Positions 9,661 through 17,528 of a stretch of DNA of 61,373 nucleotides are shown in pieces (positions within the stretch are counted from its first letter, which is position 1; each line of letters begins with the position of its first letter). Source of the DNA: Bacteroidota bacterium (GTDB lineage Bacteria > Bacteroidota > Bacteroidia > AKYH767-A > 2013-40CM-41-45); assembly GCA_026391975.1 (NCBI GenBank), contig JAPLDB010000029.1:1-61373 (forward strand), written 5' to 3'. Below the pieces are notes generated by a model. It saw nothing but the letters and a program-made list of their open reading frames with translations, searched no databases and was not told the DNA's origin. Position numbers and translations under genes: made by a program.

Positions 9661-9690
9661 GATCCCGTCCCGATGTGTCGGGACGGGATC
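9661..9690 (+). terminator. Perfect 13-bp stem / 4-nt loop hairpin (REP-like, putative terminator)
   Basis: GATCCCGTCCCGA tgtg TCGGGACGGGATC. It lies 25 nt after the SRPBCC stop and 28 nt before the next ATG. It shares the 11-mer TCCCGTCCCGA with loci at 12294 and 17500. Confidence 0.55.
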
Positions 9691-9717
9691 GACGAGATCT
9701 CTTAAAAATACCGACGG

Positions 9718-12012
9718 ATGAAAAATCTACTTCTCTCCTTTGCCTTTCTGGTTGTAATAAAATCCTACGGGCAAAATAACCTCCAGTACATTTCTTCCAA
9801 TACCGGCGCCGGCTGCTATGCAGTAGAGTATGCAAATGGATTGCTTTACACTGGCACTGGAAACACACTTCAGGTCTATGACGTCAACACGCCCGTTCCT
9901 CATACCAAAACATTTGAACACCGCTTCGTTTCTACCATTGATGATATCAAGGTGAGGAACAACAGGCTGTACGTCTGCGCCAATCACGACGGACTTTCTG
10001 TCTGGGATCTTACTTCTCCCTCCTATCCTGCCCTGCTGGATCAGTATGTTCCTGACAGTCTGAACCAGGCTGCATACAACATGGCATTTTATGGCGACTC
10101 TATTTTTGTTACCTACAAAACAATGATGGCAGTCTTTTATTTCAATCCTGCTAACAATGTACTTTCCCTCATCAACACATTTGCCCGGCAGACAGGCAAC
10201 AGTTTTGCACGCGGCGTAGATGTGAAAAATAACCTGCTTGCATTTACAACGGCGTATGGAACAAATGCTCAAACCGGAATTCACATCTGGGACATTCCAA
10301 CGATGACTGAACTTTCATTTTACCAGCAGAACTTTGCAGATCCTGAAAATGTTTTATTCTCTCAAAATGTTCCGCTATTGAATGTGCTAGGTGGAACAGA
10401 AAGCTGGCAGAATGGAAATCCCAAAGGCATTTTTTATTCACTCAACATAACAAATCCTCAAACTCCTGTTGTTGTGCACAGCGATACTTTGGGCGGCGGA
10501 TTCAACTTTTATATTGCAGGCCCCATCAGTGGCCAAATCGTGAACGACACCATTTACTTCGCCACGAATGGCATGAGCGATTCTACTTCTGCTGCAGGTG
10601 ATACTGCAGGGTATGTTTATGTCTATGATGTTTCCAATCCCAACAATGTCCATTTCATCACCAACATCAATGCAGGTCTGTGGCATTTTGATGTTGCAGT
10701 AGGAAATCATAAAATGTATGTGGCTTCAGAATGGTATGGCGTGAAAACACTCGACATCGTAAATCTCTTCGCTCCAGTCAACCTTGGTCTTACGCTGACC
10801 GGCGGGTGGAATTGTGCCAGTGATAAGTTTGGCAACAGAATGGTGGTTGCACAGGAAGGATATGGATTTAAGCAATATGATATTTCCGACTTGCAGCACC
10901 CGATGTTAATCAATTCAGTTGTAACTATTGGATTTTGCTACGGCATCCATTATGACAAAACAGGAAATTACATTTTCAGTTTTAATTATACTGATGACGA
11001 TTTCAGAGTATATCGTGCAAGCGACCTGATACTGATGTCATCTCTCAACCCAAACAGCGGACTGGTGATCACAGATTATTTCAAAGAAGAAGTCTGGCAG
11101 GATAAAGCAATTGCAATCCAAAAACCGGTCTTCCTTGGCATCGGATCAAAGAATGTAATTTGTTATGACGTTTCAGACATTAATAATCCGTACGTGGATA
11201 CCATTCTCGCCCCGGCAGGTCAGATCGAAGACATAGAAGTGAATGCAGCCGGAAAATTGTTCCTTTCAACTACAAGTACCATGTATGTATATGACATGGC
11301 AAACAACTACCAGCAGCTGATCGCAATGCCTGTTACTTTTTTACAGCAGTTTCATGACATAGCATTGTTTGATGATACCCTTTACGCTTATGTTTCAGGA
11401 CTGCCTTCAGGAGTTGAAAAATATGCTTACAACGGAAGCAACCAGCTCACCCAGGCAGGCGGCACATTTCCGCTTCCTGTTAATGATCCTAAATTTCTGG
11501 CAGCAGATGCATTCGGACTCTATCTCAATTATCAGGAAGAAGGTTTGTATGCTTTCGACAAATCAACCATTTCACAGACCGGATATTACAAACACAGTCT
11601 TGAATTCTACCGGCCCGACCAATGGGGTGAACGGGGATTATTTTGCAAAGACAGTCTGATTTTCCTTGTAGAATACTTCGGACAAACTTCCATTCTTTCG
11701 AACTATGATAGTCTCAATATTGGTGTACCTGAAATTGATCCGGAAAGGTCCTTTGAAGTGTATCCAATTCCTGTTTTGGACAAGTTATCAATTTGTATTG
11801 GCGATTCAAAGAACCATAAGAATGCAAAAACTCCAATTGAAATTTTCAATCCCATTGGAGAGATGGTTTTGGCTGTTTACTTGCCTATTGCCTCCCGATG
11901 GCTATCGGGATGCCCACTGCATACTATAATTGATGTTTCACATTTGGCTCCCGGAGTATACTTCATCTGTGAAACTCAATCTGGCGCTGTACAAAAATTC
12001 ATCAAACAATGA
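9718..12012 (+). CDS. Secreted LVIVD-repeat beta-propeller-like protein with T9SS type A sorting domain
   Basis: 764 aa with a signal peptide. Recurrent blocks GLSVWDLTSPSYPAL, YGVKTLDIVNLFAPV and YGFKQYDISDLQHPML. C-terminal EVYPIPVLDKLSI...GVYFICE tail. Confidence 0.6.
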   Translation: MKNLLLSFAFLVVIKSYGQNNLQYISSNTGAGCYAVEYANGLLYTGTGNTLQVYDVNTPVPHTKTFEHRFVSTIDDIKVRNNRLYVCANHDGLSVWDLTSPSYPALLDQYVPDSLNQAAYNMAFYGDSIFVTYKTMMAVFYFNPANNVLSLINTFARQTGNSFARGVDVKNNLLAFTTAYGTNAQTGIHIWDIPTMTELSFYQQNFADPENVLFSQNVPLLNVLGGTESWQNGNPKGIFYSLNITNPQTPVVVHSDTLGGGFNFYIAGPISGQIVNDTIYFATNGMSDSTSAAGDTAGYVYVYDVSNPNNVHFITNINAGLWHFDVAVGNHKMYVASEWYGVKTLDIVNLFAPVNLGLTLTGGWNCASDKFGNRMVVAQEGYGFKQYDISDLQHPMLINSVVTIGFCYGIHYDKTGNYIFSFNYTDDDFRVYRASDLILMSSLNPNSGLVITDYFKEEVWQDKAIAIQKPVFLGIGSKNVICYDVSDINNPYVDTILAPAGQIEDIEVNAAGKLFLSTTSTMYVYDMANNYQQLIAMPVTFLQQFHDIALFDDTLYAYVSGLPSGVEKYAYNGSNQLTQAGGTFPLPVNDPKFLAADAFGLYLNYQEEGLYAFDKSTISQTGYYKHSLEFYRPDQWGERGLFCKDSLIFLVEYFGQTSILSNYDSLNIGVPEIDPERSFEVYPIPVLDKLSICIGDSKNHKNAKTPIEIFNPIGEMVLAVYLPIASRWLSGCPLHTIIDVSHLAPGVYFICETQSGAVQKFIKQ

Positions 12013-12242
12013 GCACGGTTGATTACATCGGAACCTTTGGAGTAGCCATCCTCCTACTCGCCTATTTGCTTTTGCTGGTGAAAGCAGTTACCGTTACTAG
12101 CCGGATCTATATCTGGATGAACATTGTGGGTGCCGGACTATCCACCCTTGCATCGGTATTTCTGAAATATGTTCCGTTTATTATTCTTGAAGGGGCGTGG
12201 ATGCTGGTGTCTATTGTGGCGCTTTTTCAAAGGAAGAAATAA
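12009..12242 (+). CDS. Small two/three-TM membrane protein (CBU_0592-like)
   Basis: 77 aa and strongly hydrophobic. Its ATG overlaps the preceding stop (ATGA). Confidence 0.45.
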   Translation: MSTVDYIGTFGVAILLLAYLLLLVKAVTVTSRIYIWMNIVGAGLSTLASVFLKYVPFIILEGAWMLVSIVALFQRKK

Positions 12243-12293
12243 AGAGGTACGAATATCGAAAGCTTGCGAATCTCCGAATAACGAATCAATACA

Positions 12294-12315
12294 TCCCGTC
12301 CCGATATGTCGGGAG
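12294..12315. repeat. Decayed copy of the TCCCGTCCCGA palindromic element
   Basis: TCCCGTCCCGAtatgTCGGGAG. The left arm is identical to the 9663-9673 11-mer and the right arm is truncated. Confidence 0.5.
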
Positions 12316-12408
12316 CAATTGGGATTGCAAATAAGAGGGGACGAATTGCGAAAGAATATGAATTTACGAAATACAAATTCTAACTTTGCCGCTTAACGCG
12401 AACTGATT

Positions 12409-13146
12409 GTGAAAATACCTTTTTTGAACATTTTTTTATTGGGTTTTATTGTCTACTGTTTACTGCCTACTTCCTTCTGCTTCTCCCAGTCCCGCTTAAC
12501 CACCTTTGGCATTCAAATCAAACCCATATTTCCTATTGGATTTCTCGGAACAGGAAAACAAACTGTAGATACAGCAGGAGTAAAATTTGATCTCCGTCTC
12601 AAGGGAGGTTACAATTTCGGAATGGTAATAAGAAAAGGATTTTCTGATCTTCTTGCAATGGAAGTGGGAATCAATTACGTGAAACGGAAATACCTGCTTA
12701 ACATTGCTGATTCGGGCTATCAAGAATCATCTGAGTTCAGGATCATAGGATATGAAATTCCTGCTTCACTGCTTGTCTACATTCGGCTTGGAGAAAAAAT
12801 ATTTATGAATGCATCACTGGGTGCATCTGCCGATATGTATGCCAGCAATGTAGAATCAATTGGTGAGAACCATAATACATTGACGGTTCGCAACCACACC
12901 TTTCAGGCAGCAATTATATCCAACCTCGGCTGGGAATACAGAACTGAGGGCTCGGGCTATTTTTACTTAGGCGCATCTTTGCACCGGCCGTTCGATTATG
13001 AGCTGACCACGAAAGCACATTACAAACGTAATGCGAAAGAGATGGATATTTACCAGCCGCTATCGGGAAGCTATATAACAATTGACTTGCGTTATTTTTT
13101 TCATGAGGATCCAAAGAAAAAAAAGAAAAAAGCTTCATCAGAGTAA
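12409..13146 (+). CDS. Putative outer-membrane beta-barrel protein
   Basis: 245 aa with a GTG start and signal peptide. Alternating hydrophobic beta-strand pattern. C-terminal poly-Lys tail (KKKKKK). Confidence 0.45.
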   Translation: MKIPFLNIFLLGFIVYCLLPTSFCFSQSRLTTFGIQIKPIFPIGFLGTGKQTVDTAGVKFDLRLKGGYNFGMVIRKGFSDLLAMEVGINYVKRKYLLNIADSGYQESSEFRIIGYEIPASLLVYIRLGEKIFMNASLGASADMYASNVESIGENHNTLTVRNHTFQAAIISNLGWEYRTEGSGYFYLGASLHRPFDYELTTKAHYKRNAKEMDIYQPLSGSYITIDLRYFFHEDPKKKKKKASSE

Positions 13147-13163
13147 TGGCAAAGCCGGTTTGC

Positions 13164-13679
13164 CTACTCTTTTATTCTCGCATATACATGCTGATCTAGC
13201 AACCCCCCATTTTTAAAAACCGCCTTTTTGTTGATCGCCTCCAAATGAAATCCTGCTTTCAAGATCGTTTTCATTGAAGCAATATTGGGAGAAAAAATCT
13301 CAGCCTGCAGTCTGACGATTTCGGTTTTTGCAAAAGCATAGTCTGAGAGACCGGCAATCGCCTCACTCATAATTCCTTTTCTCCAGTGAGTTTCACCGAG
13401 CCAGTAACCGATCTCAGCTGACAACCTGTACACATTCTCTTTAAAAATTATTCCGATGCCACCCGCAGCCTCACCATTTACCTCAATGGCGAGAAGCACA
13501 TGCCTGGTTTCCTTCATGGCCATATTCAGCCAGCGTTGCGCATCATCAATCGTGTAAGGGAAAGGGAAACCATCACGCATGTTGTCTGCGATCTTTTTAT
13601 TGTTCGCATGTTTGGCGAGAGAAAAAGCGTCATTGTCATTCCAGGGGCGAAGCTTTGACTTTGATAAAACTAATTCCAT
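13164..13679 (-). CDS. GNAT family N-acetyltransferase (RimJ/RimL-like)
   Basis: 171 aa with ATG start. The ...GGIGIIFKENVYRLSAEIGYWLGETHWRKGIMSEA... core is typical of the Acetyltransf_3 family. Confidence 0.85.
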   Translation of the reverse strand: MELVLSKSKLRPWNDNDAFSLAKHANNKKIADNMRDGFPFPYTIDDAQRWLNMAMKETRHVLLAIEVNGEAAGGIGIIFKENVYRLSAEIGYWLGETHWRKGIMSEAIAGLSDYAFAKTEIVRLQAEIFSPNIASMKTILKAGFHLEAINKKAVFKNGGLLDQHVYARIKE

Positions 13680-13699
13680 AGAGCAGCCAATACATTAAA

Positions 13700-13918
13700 C
13701 ACATAGGTACATAGGCCACATAGAAATCCTGTGTTGGGTTTTGCTATGTGTTCAATGTACCTATGTGGTGAAGGGATTTTGCTTTCTCAATTGTTGAAAA
13801 AAATGAAACACATACATAGAGCACATAGAATAAAATGGCTTTGTCAAGTTACTGATGAATCTTTTTAAACAGGGCTTAATCCTATTTCGGCTATGTGTGC
13901 TATGTACCTATGTGGTGA
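13700..13918. repeat. Two inverted-repeat units built from CACATAG / CTATGTG words
   Basis: Arms CACATAGGTACAT..CACATAG (13700-13723) pair with CTATGTG..ATGTACCTATGTG (13744-13767). A second unit spans 13809-13828 / 13891-13918. An exact 17-nt direct repeat ATGTACCTATGTGGTGA occurs at 13755 and 13902. Confidence 0.7.
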
Positions 13919-13934
13919 TGACACAGATCATTTA

Positions 13935-15017
13935 TCAAACAAACTTCTCCCCTTTTTTCAATCGCACATCATTGACCATGGTGCGCACCAGTTGCTCATC
14001 ATCCTTTCTGCATATCAACAAAACATTTTCTGACTGCACCACGATAAAATCATGAAGCCCCTGCACCACAGCAAGCCTGTCTTTTGAAACATTGATGATA
14101 CATCCTGAAGAATTTTCCATCATCACATTGCCCACCACTGCATTGCTGTTTTCATCGTGTGGCACATGCTCATACAACGAGCGCCATGTACCAAGATCAC
14201 TCCATCCGAATTCGGCAGAAAGCACATACACATTCTTTGCTTTTTCCATGATACCATAATCAATGGAAATGTTTGTGCACTGCGTATATGCCTTCCGGAT
14301 AAATTCAATTTCTTCATGGGTATTGTAAAGACCCTTTCCTTCTTCAAAGATTGAATACATCTCAGGCAGGTTATTTCTGAAAGCATTTAAAATCGCTTCT
14401 GCATTCCATACAAAGATCCCGGCATTCCAGAGGAAGTCACCGCTCTTCAGGAAAAACTTTGCCATCTCAAGATTCGGTTTTTCAGTAAACGTTTTCACCT
14501 TACTGATCTTGAATTTTTCTGTTACCTCATCTTCATTGAACTGAATATAGCCATACCCTGTATCAGGTCTGTTGGGTTGAATACCGAGGGTAAGCAGTGA
14601 ATCATTTTTCTCTGTGAATGCAAGCGCTTTTGCAATGGCCTCTGTAAATCCTGCTTCATCGTTGATGATGTGATCGCTTGGCGCAACTACCATATTCGCC
14701 TTTGGATTCAGGGAGAATATCTTAAAGGCGGCATATGCAACACAAGGTGCTGTATTCCTTCGTTGCGGCTCAGCAAGGATCTGGTTTGGATTCATCCCCG
14801 GCAACTGATTTTGCACGTGCTCCACGTAGGATTCATTTGTGACAATGAAAATGTTTTCCTTCGGGCAAATGCCTGTAAACCGGTCGTAGGTTTGCTGCAA
14901 CAGTGATTTCCCGGTGCCGAGAATGTCAATAAATTGCTTTGGAAAATTGTTTCTGCTCATGGGCCAGAAGCGGCTACCGATGCCTCCGGCCATGATGATA
15001 CAGTAGTTGTTACTCAT
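13935..15017 (-). CDS. manC: Mannose-1-phosphate guanylyltransferase
   Basis: The ATG at 15017 sits one codon inside a GTG. N-terminal IMAGGIGSRFWPMSRNNFPKQF nucleotidyltransferase motif. About 360 aa, without a C-terminal isomerase domain. Confidence 0.85.
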   Translation of the reverse strand: MSNNYCIIMAGGIGSRFWPMSRNNFPKQFIDILGTGKSLLQQTYDRFTGICPKENIFIVTNESYVEHVQNQLPGMNPNQILAEPQRRNTAPCVAYAAFKIFSLNPKANMVVAPSDHIINDEAGFTEAIAKALAFTEKNDSLLTLGIQPNRPDTGYGYIQFNEDEVTEKFKISKVKTFTEKPNLEMAKFFLKSGDFLWNAGIFVWNAEAILNAFRNNLPEMYSIFEEGKGLYNTHEEIEFIRKAYTQCTNISIDYGIMEKAKNVYVLSAEFGWSDLGTWRSLYEHVPHDENSNAVVGNVMMENSSGCIINVSKDRLAVVQGLHDFIVVQSENVLLICRKDDEQLVRTMVNDVRLKKGEKFV

Positions 15018-15087
15018 CACGGAATGTCAATTGGTTAGTTCTTTTCAGCGTAAAAATGTTCCGATAGATGTTTGTTTAGGAAGTAAT

Positions 15088-15147
15088 GAAGTGACTAGGT
15101 TGTGAAGTGACTAGGTGACTATGTGTTGAGGTGATTAAGTGACTAAG
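15088..15147. repeat. Short-word tract (AAGTGACTAG-like units, also contains CTATGTGTT)
   Basis: GAAGTGACTAGgttgtGAAGTGACTAGGTGACTAtgtgttgagGTGATTAAGTGACTAAG, located between the aminotransferase stop and the manC start. Confidence 0.6.
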
Positions 15148-15166
15148 ATAATACAAATTGGATTTG

Positions 15167-16495
15167 TTATTTCAGTTGTGACAATACTTTTCTTAACGAA
15201 GCAAACACTTCCGGAATTTCGTTCTTGCTACAAGTTCCTACACTCAGGCGATACCACGTTGAATCATTTGATGAACCAAATGCATTGAACGGAACCAATG
15301 CCAGTTTTGCTTCATTCAATATATAATTGGTTACTTCACTCTGCGAAGAAAGTACTTCCCCTTCAGCAGTTGTCATTCCTTTCAGGTCAAATTTTACAGT
15401 CAGGTAGATGGCTGCCTGCGGAGCGATACAATCAACCCGGAACCCGTCTTTCTTCAGTTGCGAAAATCCTTTATAAAATTTTACCAGCCTTTCGTCAACT
15501 TCATTTTTAAAGTTGCTGAGAAAACTGTTGACTGCAAGTCTGTTTTTAAGGAATTGAGCTGTTGCCACCTGTTCTGCTTTAGGCGCCCATGCACCTACAT
15601 GAGAAAGTATTGCGCGCATTTTATCCATGATGCGGCGTGGTCCGAAGCTCCAGCCAACGCGAACCCCTGTTGCGGCAAAACACTTTGAAATGCCATCAAT
15701 AAATACAGTGTAGTCCTTCATTTCCGGGCGCAATGAAACAGGATTGAAATGCTCAGATTCACCGAATGTCAGTACCCAATAAATCTGATCATACATCAGG
15801 TACAATGGTTTTTCATCTGCACTTCGGCTTTTGTTTTCTTCAAGGATGAGGTCGCATATCTCTTCCAGTTGTTGCTTCTGGAAAATGGTCCCTGTCGGAT
15901 TTAATGGAGAGCAGAGTGCGACGAGTGTGGCATCCTTTAAATGCGGGCGCAGCTCTTCTGCCGTCGGCATGAAATTATTTTCCGGAGTGGTGGTAACATA
16001 AACAGGCTTTGCCCCAAACAGGTGACAGTAGTGATTGTTGTTCCATGATGGAAGCGGCACGATCACTTTATCACCCGCATCAAGAAGCGTGGCAAAAGTT
16101 CCATATATCAACGGTCTTGCACCGGCTGAGATCAGGATTTCATCAGCGGAATAATCCAGTCCTTCCCGGTCGAGAATAAAATTTGCTACTTCTTTCCTTA
16201 GTTCTGCAATACCATTCGCAGCCGGATAGTTGGTATGGTGATTTTTATAAGCAATTACAATGTCGTCATTCAACTCCTGAGGGATGGGAAAAATTTTGGG
16301 ATCAAAGTCACCTATTGTATAATTGAAAATACGTTCGCCGTTTTTAATCTTCTCCTGTATCTCACCCGCCAGTTTAATAATTTCTGAACCGATCAGGTTT
16401 TCGGCCATCTCAGAGACCCTGAGGACCGGCTTGGAGGCAACGGAAGTGGCTGACATATGCTTTAAGTTTGAGGTGAACAAAGATACATGATTCAT
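15167..16495 (-). CDS. Class I/II pyridoxal-phosphate aminotransferase (aspartate aminotransferase-like)
   Basis: 442 aa, with an alternative ATG at 16456. The PLP-lysine region ISKCFAATGVRVGW and the overall pattern fit Aminotran_1_2. Confidence 0.85.
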   Translation of the reverse strand: MNHVSLFTSNLKHMSATSVASKPVLRVSEMAENLIGSEIIKLAGEIQEKIKNGERIFNYTIGDFDPKIFPIPQELNDDIVIAYKNHHTNYPAANGIAELRKEVANFILDREGLDYSADEILISAGARPLIYGTFATLLDAGDKVIVPLPSWNNNHYCHLFGAKPVYVTTTPENNFMPTAEELRPHLKDATLVALCSPLNPTGTIFQKQQLEEICDLILEENKSRSADEKPLYLMYDQIYWVLTFGESEHFNPVSLRPEMKDYTVFIDGISKCFAATGVRVGWSFGPRRIMDKMRAILSHVGAWAPKAEQVATAQFLKNRLAVNSFLSNFKNEVDERLVKFYKGFSQLKKDGFRVDCIAPQAAIYLTVKFDLKGMTTAEGEVLSSQSEVTNYILNEAKLALVPFNAFGSSNDSTWYRLSVGTCSKNEIPEVFASLRKVLSQLK

Positions 16496-16524
16496 TGAAT
16501 CGGGAAAATAAATCAGCCAATACT

Positions 16525-16548
16525 AGTCATTAGGTCATTGGTCATTGG
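16525..16548. repeat. Tandem GTCATTR G heptamer tract overlapping the last codons and stop of the SprT-like gene
   Basis: AGTCATTAGGTCATTGGTCATTGG, read directly from the sequence. Confidence 0.6.
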
Positions 16549-17209
16549 ATGCTGATTGTGGACTGATACCTTCCCTGGTGACCTCTGCCAACGCGCTCAC
16601 CCGGTATTCAGTTCTTGAGGAATGTTCAAAACACTGAAAACGTTTCCGCATTAATGCTCCTTTTACAAAAACTTTTTTTGATGAATTAAGGCGGAACATG
16701 GAACCATGGGGAAGCTCTTCCAGGAAGGTTACTTTTTCCTTTTCACTCTGGTCATGGCTTTTTAATACCCGCAGGAGGTTCTCATCGGTACAGGATGAAG
16801 CGGCAGGATCCTTCACATATTGACGCAATGCGCTTTCAATATCAGTAGGAAAAATATTTTTTGAAATAATAAAATTCAGCAATGCGGCATATTCATTTTT
16901 CCATTCCCTGCCGTGGGGAGATACGAAACGCGAATATTTCTTTTCGCAAAGGAGGTGCGCTACCTCATGAATAAAAGTGATCAGAAAGGAATATTGATTC
17001 AGGTTGTGGTTAACGGTAATGATATGCTCATCTGACCCCCTAACAGTCCTGTAATCTCCATATTTGGATGCCCTGCTTTTGGTAATACGCAGGTGGATAT
17101 TCAATTGTACGATCCAGCCGGTACATATAGGCACTGCAGGCGCAGGCATGTATTTGGCGAGGACTTCCGAGATGCTGGAGTTGGACACTGGTTGATTTGA
17201 GGATTGCAA
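16535..17209 (-). CDS. SprT-like zinc metallopeptidase domain protein
   Basis: 224 aa. HExxH site in FIHEVAHLL, with an upstream KSRASKYGDYR block. The start is uncertain (TTG at 17209, first ATG at 17149). Confidence 0.7.
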   Translation of the reverse strand: MQSSNQPVSNSSISEVLAKYMPAPAVPICTGWIVQLNIHLRITKSRASKYGDYRTVRGSDEHIITVNHNLNQYSFLITFIHEVAHLLCEKKYSRFVSPHGREWKNEYAALLNFIISKNIFPTDIESALRQYVKDPAASSCTDENLLRVLKSHDQSEKEKVTFLEELPHGSMFRLNSSKKVFVKGALMRKRFQCFEHSSRTEYRVSALAEVTREGISPQSASNDQ

Positions 17210-17233
17210 ATTTGAGGATTTGAGGATTAGATT
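17194..17233. repeat. ATTTGAGG octamer/heptamer tract at the SprT-like gene start
   Basis: gATTTGAGGattgcaaATTTGAGGATTTGAGGattagatt. On the - strand this reads CCTCAAAT three times. Confidence 0.65.
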
Positions 17234-17423
17234 CTCTACGCAATTTAAAAATCTTCTTCACAATTGAACCTTGCTGAGACGGTGGGGCTGATTCCGTCTA
17301 ATGGCAAGATACGGGACAGGTTTTACTTAATACTATTGAATCTTTTTCAGGCTCATCGCATGAGAAAACGATTACTTCTGACATCAGGAAACTATTTATT
17401 CAACTACATTATTTTTTGGCAAA

Positions 17424-17452
17424 AAAAATCCCCCGGCAATTCCGAGGGACTT
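17424..17452 (-). terminator. Rho-independent terminator of the act-cta operon
   Basis: The - strand reads GTCCCTCGGaattgCCGGGGGA followed by T8. Confidence 0.6.
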
Positions 17453-17462
17453 ACATCTTACT

Positions 17463-17521
17463 CCCGATAGCCCCGCCTGAATGACGCTCCCGATAGCTAT
17501 CGGGACGGGAAGGTATCGGGA
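17463..17521. mobile_element. 59-nt REP/MITE-like palindromic element with TCCCGATA/TATCGGGA termini, flanked by a 12-nt direct repeat
   Basis: Direct repeats TTACATCTTACT at 17451-17462 and 17522-17533. Terminal inverted 7-8-mers at 17462-17469 and 17514-17521. Internal perfect 18-nt palindrome TCCCGATAGCTATCGGGA at 17488-17505. Confidence 0.5.
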
Positions 17522-17528
17522 TTACATC

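Noticed and set aside
9727-10284. 185-aa antisense ORF opposite the LVIVD-propeller gene
   Set aside because: It overlaps a longer ORF that has a signal peptide, repeats and a T9SS tail. Its own product has low-complexity, Cys/Val/Ile-rich, non-protein-like composition.
13855-14055. 66-aa + strand ORF spanning the CTATGTG repeat and the manC 3' end
   Set aside because: It overlaps repeat DNA and the well-supported manC gene on the other strand.
17264-17470. 68-aa + strand ORF in the SprT-like/ctaD spacer
   Set aside because: It runs through a terminator and repeat elements, is on the opposite strand to all neighbouring genes, and shows no protein-like features.
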